DNA from: Octopus vulgaris
Taxonomy: Eukaryota
Assembly (NCBI GenBank): GCA_951406725.2
Contig: OX597815.1
Span: 137,330,001 to 137,394,000 of the forward strand
DNA: 64,000 bases
Reading direction: 5' to 3'
Shown here: piece after piece, positions 56,283 through 64,000 of the stretch
Layout of the letters: each line of letters starts with the position of its first letter
How positions within the stretch are numbered: the first letter of the stretch is position 1
Program-made: the position numbers and the translations under genes
Notes under the pieces: generated by a model
Seen by the model: only the letters and a program-made list of their open reading frames with translations
What the model was told of the DNA's origin: nothing
Databases searched by the model: none

Positions 56283-58660
56283 TCCGATATATATTATTAC
56301 AGCAACTATGTTATAGTGTTGGGACATCAGAGTTTGTAACTATTACACGCAGCTCTGCTTTTTACTCTCTACTTTCAGTTACTACCACCAGCTAGCTCTG
56401 TTCATAGAGGCCAAAAGAAGAGCTGAATATGAAAGCCTCCTTCTGCGATGAAGGGGTCTTACATACTCGGCTCCTCTTCACAGCCTTTCTAAGACCAAGA
56501 CTTCTGCAGTGCTCCTTTCTAAACAAACATGGTTGTTGAGCTCATTGTTAAAACTGCTGGTGATCACGGATTACTAGAGAGCAGGCTCACATGCCTACTG
56601 ACGTATGGATACACCAAGGCGTCGCTCAACCACAATCCCAGCTATGGTCTATCATGGGCACACACAAAATGCAACAGATACTCTACACCATTAAAGCTAA
56701 AACGCTGTTACTGGTGTAGGAAAACAGGCTTGCCATTAATTATTCACTTTTGACTTTCTTCTGTATATCTTTTGTTAAGACATTTAAAATTATAATATGT
56801 TTAAGTACATGACTGTATCCATTTAAAGAATCTGACTGAAATAACCGTCATTTTTGATGGCATACTTACCCTTGTAAATGTATAATATATAAGCAACAAC
56901 ATAAAATCATAAAATATTTGTATTCTGTGAATAATTATCGGTTTCTCAGAAATCGAGACATCATTCAATATTTAATATTCATTTGGAAGTGACATCGTAG
57001 GTTTTTTTTAACTATTTACTTATTATTCGCCTACCTCTTCTGATTTGATAATGGTTTCTACTTACACATATGTATGCACACTTATTCAGTACATACATAC
57101 AACTTGTAAAGTTGTCTACACAATGTAAGAATTTGTAAATTTGTCTGTACAAGCTTTTAGATGTCTCACAGATAGGTACAATCTGTTGGTGTTAAGTAGA
57201 CGGAGACAATTTGTAAGATATTAACTTAATAGAAACACTTAAAAAATAGACAAGAAGAGCTCATACAAGCTGCCAACAGCCAATAGAATAGACGTAATTA
57301 TTAAATTTTGAGCTAAACTGACACAGTGAGGATCCCACATGGTCAAATCGATCTGAAGCTGGACTGTCATCTAAAGGTTTGAGGTAGCGTAACATCTCAT
57401 CGACCCTGCATTGCAGTTTTGCCAAAGGGACTTAACTTTCAATAAACTATCATAAACAGCAGTCATAAGTGGAAACACACTGCACTGTAAGAAATTATGA
57501 ATATTAATATAAAAGAGATAGAATAAAGTAAAGTTGATAGTAAGGTGGTTCACTTTATTCGCCAAACTGATTTCTAAAATATAAACCGAATGAAATCGAA
57601 CTCTTCGGCCTTCGCCCCGCCTCCCCAAACAGACCATTGGATTTGAAGACGCACTTTTCATCATTTAGAGATTGTTGAAATACATGTGAGATACAAAGGA
57701 TACATGTGAAATAACTAGGATATGAGATAGGATATCTGCTCAAACTCCGAGTGTACCATCTTCACCCATTCATGAGGCTCTATGTAGAATGAGTAATACA
57801 TGTGACTAAATAGCGACTCACGCAAGAGAATTGTGGGTTTCTAATTCATTTCAATTCACAAGATCTATGATTTCATCATCTGGCTAAAATAATGAATAGA
57901 AGAAACTGATATTTACAATTGATTCCGTAGAATTTCCTGGCCAAAATGCTAAAACAGAAACTGGTTTCATATAAAGAGACAATGACATTGAATTACTCAG
58001 GAAGGGCACTGCAAATTTGCGATGATCATAGAATATCAATGTTAGTGAAATAAACGAAATCCAATCAGAGATTGAAAGCATTCCGCAGAATTCAGTGAAC
58101 ATATAGAAAAACATGAAGATATAGAAAAATGGGCAGATAACATCAAGCCAAATTTCAAAGTCTTCCCCTTCTACCTGTGCAAAGTCAATTTCTCCACAAG
58201 AACGTTTAAATAAAGAAACTTTTTTCATTGGAAAATACAGAACACGTCTTAATATGCACACATAACCAACTTTTGTCCTTTTACATATTTCAGTTCACGA
58301 TTACATCACTGTACATAAATCCCCTCAGTAAACAAGTTTATTCGAAACTGTTTTTGTATGTGTGTGTATATATATATATATTCCCCTCCCTTTACCGAAA
58401 GCTGAATAGTTATCTCCCTTGTCCACAACAATAATAATAATAATAATAATAGCCAATAACCTCCCCTTATTGTTCTACCTGTGACGTCATTCACTCGTAA
58501 ATATCATGACACACAACACGGACAAAATTTTCTTCTTAAGAAAATACATATTCAAATAAGTAAATCTTAATATCATGAATAGCGAAAGCAAAACCGGTCG
58601 ATATATAAAAAATTATATTAAAACTATGTAAAGTGTGCGTATTTTCCTTTTTTTAAATTT

Positions 58661-58717
<57 letters not shown>

Positions 58718-59189
58718 TAATATCATCTGGGTAAAGATAAAGGTAAGGTAAAGACCCCTTTCAATCGCGAATAACCATTGGATTGCAGCTAAGAAGTTCC
58801 ACTCCGAGGCAAGATTTTTTGTAGCAAGACCAGCAGTCACCCATGCATACCAGGCTCCCTCTCCACGCTGCCAATGTTGTTGCAACTCATTTCTATAGCT
58901 GATTGAATTGGAGCAACGTGAAAATAAAGTGTATTGCTCAAGAACATAACACATAGCTTGGTCTAGGAATCGAACTCACATCCTCACGACTTTAAGCCCG
59001 ACTTAACCACTGAGCCATATGCCTTCACATCAGCTAGATAATAATAAACTTATAAGTGCATTTTAAAGCTCCTCTTCTGTTATCGGCTACCATATGCTAT
59101 CGCATAGCAGAAATACTCTTTTTACTGGAGGTGCACATGGAAATTTGTTAGTGTATATAGAATTCATATTTGAAAAATTATAAAACTGG

Positions 59190-59465
59190 CTTTAATCACA
59201 AAACAACAATTGTTTCCGTGCATTAGTAACAACTGCTGGTTGCTGAGTTTTCCATATTATTATATAAATATATATGATCCAGACGTAGCTGTGTACTTGC
59301 ACATCATGTGGTGAGTGGCTTTCTTTTTCTTGAAATCCTTTCTTATCCAGGCTTTTACAAATGCGTTTACTCACAAAACTAAGTACACTAATTATTATTA
59401 GTGTAAATGTGAATTTATAATCTGGGTATAGAAGATGGTGGTTTCGAAGTAGTTGTCCATGAATG
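59190..59465 (-). pseudogene. Old RLE-type LINE 3' fragment (family of 53570-54300)
   Basis: GQLLRNHHLLYPDYKFTF resembles GELLRDLQLFYPDYNFSF. Confidence 0.65.
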
Positions 59466-59483
59466 TACGTATATACATAAATA

Positions 59484-59520
<37 letters not shown>

Positions 59521-61723
59521 CACTCTGTTGTTTTTGTTTGTTTTTTCGCATCCTAATATAGGAGCTTCGGGTGACCTCGAAGGTTTTAACAGTCATGTTC
59601 CCTGTATACCATCCTCGTAGGAGTCTTAATGTAATCCACCCAGATTGTGTATCCCACTCAGTGCAGAATAGATTCAATACTAAACATCAGGATAGACTCA
59701 ACAATAGATATCAAGATAGTTCCAGCACTAAATATATTTTCACGCTACACGATCTCCTGCTTGGAGATGTGGCCGCATCAAGACATTAATTTTCGATTGT
59801 AGCTAACGCAACTGAACAGCTAATTAGTTTTGGGTTCTTTGAGCAGAATACAACAAACAGGATCGTTCCTCTGCTCGGCCCACACAAGAGCGGGAGTGGA
59901 CGGTGGATTGTTGACAAAGATCCAACAGGATATGCCATGTTATGTGCATTTGCAAGCATTCTTTCGCTGCTGACCCAAACTTCGTGGCTCCTAGAAGATA
60001 ACAACACATCATTTTGAATGCGTTGTATCAGCTTGTAATTCTTCTGTAAATGTGAAAAATGCTAAAGTCTTATATTAACCTAATTCCAGAACGCTGGGAC
60101 ACGAACCTCGGACCCTCCCAACTACAAATCAACTTTTAAGTTTATATATTTCTGTGGCGCGATTTCTGAAGCTTACATCCTGAAGGCGGAAGTGCATCGC
60201 TGCGTAAGCTGGAAGTTATCAATGAAGAAAGGCCGCTTTTCAAAACGATTTAGAATTAATTTCTCCTCGCGGCATACTGAGAGCATTGTGCCATTTTGTA
60301 CACAATTATTTCTTCTTTAAGACATTTGTGCGATCGATTATACATCTTAATTTAAGTTTATAGCTCTCTTGAGGTAAAATCCAATTCATGTACAACACTC
60401 CAACAAATAACAATAAATATATTTTATTCTACTCTGTTGCATCATATTATATTATGCTATGATATTATATTATGATAATACATCATTTATATTGAGTAAT
60501 AGGATATCATTTATGTTTTATTGCACTATATTACATTCTGAGATGCAGAAAATTTAGCTCTTGACAAGGTTTACCATAACACTGGCATATAACAACAGGT
60601 GCTGCTGCCTTTGTGTGTCTTTTACTGAAAACCATAAAAAGAATTAACAAATAGCATTGATGCTTGTCTCAAAACCATTTATTGTATATTCGAAAGGAAA
60701 AAAGTAGTCGCAAATGCATGTGGGATTTAAAACTGCAAGTACGTCTCGATTCCGATTTTGTTCTTAACATTAATCTCATTTTACGATGGTCGTACGTATC
60801 GCCTTATAAATACGTAGAGTGTTTCTATACGTTCAGATATGTATGTGTATGTATGTTTTTGTGTGTGTTGTTTGATTTACATCTTAAGCATTCCTTAATA
60901 AGCATACTTATTATCAGAGAAAACGTCTCGTTTCCTCAAATAAATTCTATGTAGGACTTCATTATCAAATGTGTCCCTCCCTTTACAAGTGAGTAAGGTA
61001 TGATTTAAGGGAGATTTGGCTGCTATTTCTAGTAGATTGAGCTATCACAAACTCCTTCGCTGGTTCCCCGTGTTGAGTCTTACTAATGGATAGAGAATTT
61101 TTTTTTCAATACCCACCTCTTTTACTGCACTTTACTTATTTTATTCCCGTCAACTCTATCCGAGTGCTACCTGTGGGACACGAACTCATATGTCCCACAT
61201 GTAGCATTAGACCTTACACACATGCACACACACACATATATATACACACAAACGCAGACAAACATACAAACACACAAACACAAATACATAGAAAAGCAGG
61301 TAGTATTAAATACTGTACAACATTAATTCTTGATTTATTAAAAGTCTCTCTGCTTCTGGAGTATGTGTCATAAATACCAAATGGCAATCAAGGCCAGCTC
61401 TATAAGAAAAGTGGAAATAATCCCAATGAATATAGAATTCTCCGAAGTCGACGTACTTCTAATGGACATATTTCTGCCTTATAAGGCATCATCAGCACGA
61501 CACTTGTCCTACCTTACCTCCAGTAACAAAGAGACTTAAACATTTACAAAAATATTAGTGTATATTTATGGCACAGGTAATTTGCATAATTTATACAGAG
61601 TATTTGTTTATGAGTGTATCAATTTTCTTCGGGCAAATAACTGTTCTCGGTGACAAAGAGAAAATGGCAAAGACAGATAAACAGACGAACAGTTTTTCGA
61701 GCCGGCGGAGTGTTATTCTAGAC

Positions 61724-61886
61724 CAGTACTCCGCAACCGGTATGCCGCGGCACACTGGTGTGCCGCAATGTAACCTGAATATAATTTTTTGCCTATACTT
61801 TTAGTTATATCTTTAGTTCAGGTGTGCCGCCGAATTTTCAAAAAAATATGAGTGTACCACAAGGGAGAAAATGTTGCGAAGCACTG
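61724..61886. mobile_element. 163-bp non-autonomous hAT/Charlie-type MITE
   Basis: TIRs CAGTACTCCGCAAC / GTTGCGAAGCACTG; TSD TTCTAGAC/TTCTAGAA (NTCTAGAN); repeated TGCCGC motifs. Confidence 0.85.
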
Positions 61887-62304
61887 TTCTAGAAAGAAAC
61901 AAACTAACAAAGAATAAGGTTTCGTTAAAGTCTTAAAAGTTTCCCATTCATCCCGCATTGAAAAATAAAGTAGAAATTTATAGACAATGAGTTTTTAATG
62001 CAACAAGAGATAAGAACGCGAGAAATAATAAGGAAGCACGTTGAGGTATTCACCAATCGACCTACTTTCACTACTACACTGTGGATAAATATATATATAT
62101 ATATATATATATAAGTTTAAAAAACATATACTAAATGCTCAAACAACGGGAAATAGACACATAGGTCATCAACTACTCATCAGTTATGCAAGCATGTATG
62201 GGTGGATGGATGGATGGATGGATGGATGGATGGATGGATGAATGGATGGATGGATGGATGGATGGATGGATGAATGGATAAATGGATGGATGGATGGATG
62301 GATA

Positions 62305-62338
<34 letters not shown>

Positions 62339-62384
62339 CCTCTCTCTCTGTATTTGCATATCTCTTTACTCTTTACTATTTTAC

Positions 62385-62580
62385 TTGTTTCAGTCATTTT
62401 GACTGCGGCCATGCTGGAGCACCGCCTTTAGTCGAGCAAATCGACCCCGGGACTTATTCTTTGTAAGCCCAGTACTTATTCTATCGGTCTCTTTTGCCGA
62501 ACCGCTAAGTGACGGGGACGTAAACACACCAGCATCGGTTGTCAAGCAATGCTAGGGAGACAAACACAGCAGACACACAA

Positions 62581-62627
<47 letters not shown>

Positions 62628-62776
62628 TACGACAGGCTTCTTTCAGTTTCCGTCTACCAAATCCACTCACAAGGCATTGGTCGGCCCGGGGCTATAGCAG
62701 AAGACACTTGCCCAAGATGCCACGCAGTGGGACTGAACCCGGGACCATGTGGCTGGTTAGCAAGCTACTTACCACA
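62385..62776 (-). mobile_element. CORE-like SINE, nearly full length
   Basis: Reverse complement of the 17047-17450 family. Confidence 0.88.
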
Positions 62777-63396
62777 TGTGTGTGTGTGTATGTACACACA
62801 TGTATGAAAGTCACATGAAACATTAGCCATGATGTATGTAGCTGATATTACCAGGAAGACTTAATACCTGCCCAGATGTGCAGCTATGAGCAGTATGTGC
62901 AGTAGACATAAATGTGCAAAATATGTGTGCAACAAATATGTGCAGATGTAGAAAGAAGCCTGCTAGCGATGAATAGCTGAATCTAGCTGAGTCTTTTTGT
63001 GTTGATATTTCCTTAGTTTGCTTTTAATTTTTCTTTATGCGTTTTTTTCCGCATTATTCAGTTTCCCTTTTTTTTATATATAAATTATCCGTATTTTAGT
63101 TTTTGTTTTTGTTTTTATTCTGGATTTTAGTATAGATTTTGTTTCATTTATTTTTGTTTTGTTTGTTTATGTATTTTTTTTTCTTTATTTGGTTCGTTTT
63201 ATTCTGGTTTATTTTCATTGAGAGTATTAAATTTTTCTCAGAATATTATTTTTGTCCGTGCTTCTTTAATTTTCTCTCTTTATTTCTTTCATTTTCATTC
63301 TGCTTGCAAGCTTATCTCGACTCTCCCCCTCTCTCTCTCTCTCTCTCTCCTTTCTCTATTTATATATTTTTTTTTTTCTTTCTTTTCTTTTTTTTT

Positions 63397-63600
63397 TACT
63401 TGTTTCAGTCATTTGACTGCGGCCATGCTGGAGCACCGCCTTTAGTCGAGCAATTCGACACCAGGACTTATTCTTTGTAAGCCTAGTACTTATTCTATCG
63501 GTCTCTTTTGGCGAACCGCTAAGTTACGGGGACGTAAACACACCAGCTTCGGTTGTCAAACGATGTTGGGGGGACAAACACAGACACACAAACACACACA
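63397..63600 (-). mobile_element. 3' half of the CORE-like SINE, truncated at its internal microsatellite
   Basis: Matches 62390-62580. Confidence 0.85.
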
Positions 63601-63609
63601 CACACACAC

Positions 63610-63659
<50 letters not shown>

Positions 63660-64000
63660 TTACACTCAAGAGTAGTTAGCATAAAACTGGCGGAGCTCTT
63701 GTCAGTTAGCTCACATAAATCATCATAGAACTCGAGTGATGGGATATCCTACGTAGTATGTGGACAAGGAGGGAACATGTGTGATTACGTTCGACCATCC
63801 AATACATATATAGACGGAAATAGGAGTCATCAGTCTAAATTAATGGCACAACTTGCAAACGGATGGATTTTACTCTCGGCCGCAGATTATTAGCTACTTC
63901 TTTACAATGGCACACTTTTTGATGTTTTTCTTATAATTTTACAATTGCTCCTGGCAAACATATGGATCATACTTATATAATCTCGCAGGAGTTTCTAGAA

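Noticed and set aside
56340-58260. Unique-looking stretches with acceptor-like sites (~56378 +, ~57485 -)
   Set aside because: Frames close quickly and no family is recognised.

Overview
This is low-GC eukaryotic DNA, very rich in microsatellites. The SINE families and repeat style suggest an octopod (Octopus) genome; that is an inference, not a database result. Most ORFs in the track are simple-repeat artefacts. Supported content: (1) a complete hAT Buster/Charlie-type DNA transposon at 25800-28175 with TIRs, a perfect 8-bp TSD and an uninterrupted 589-aa transposase; (2) many 5'-truncated or decayed R4/Dong-type (RLE endonuclease) LINE pieces lying in (AAT)n or (ACAT)n tracts; (3) a decayed Penelope-like element resembling the Naiad clade at about 48.3-51.3 kb; (4) several tRNA-derived SINE families, including head-to-tail multimers and one whose tail matches a LINE 3' end in this window; (5) foldback elements and MITEs. 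The most interesting signal is RNA structure. Five minimal type-I hammerhead ribozyme folds are visible, plus two degenerate ones. One lies inside a tRNA-headed (Pol III) short element, resembling a retrozyme or schistosome Sm-alpha. A degenerate HDV-like ribozyme precedes a Dong-like 5' end. A few minus-strand splice-bounded islands (0-14 kb) may be exons of an unidentified host gene (low confidence). Boundaries of degenerate repeats are approximate.
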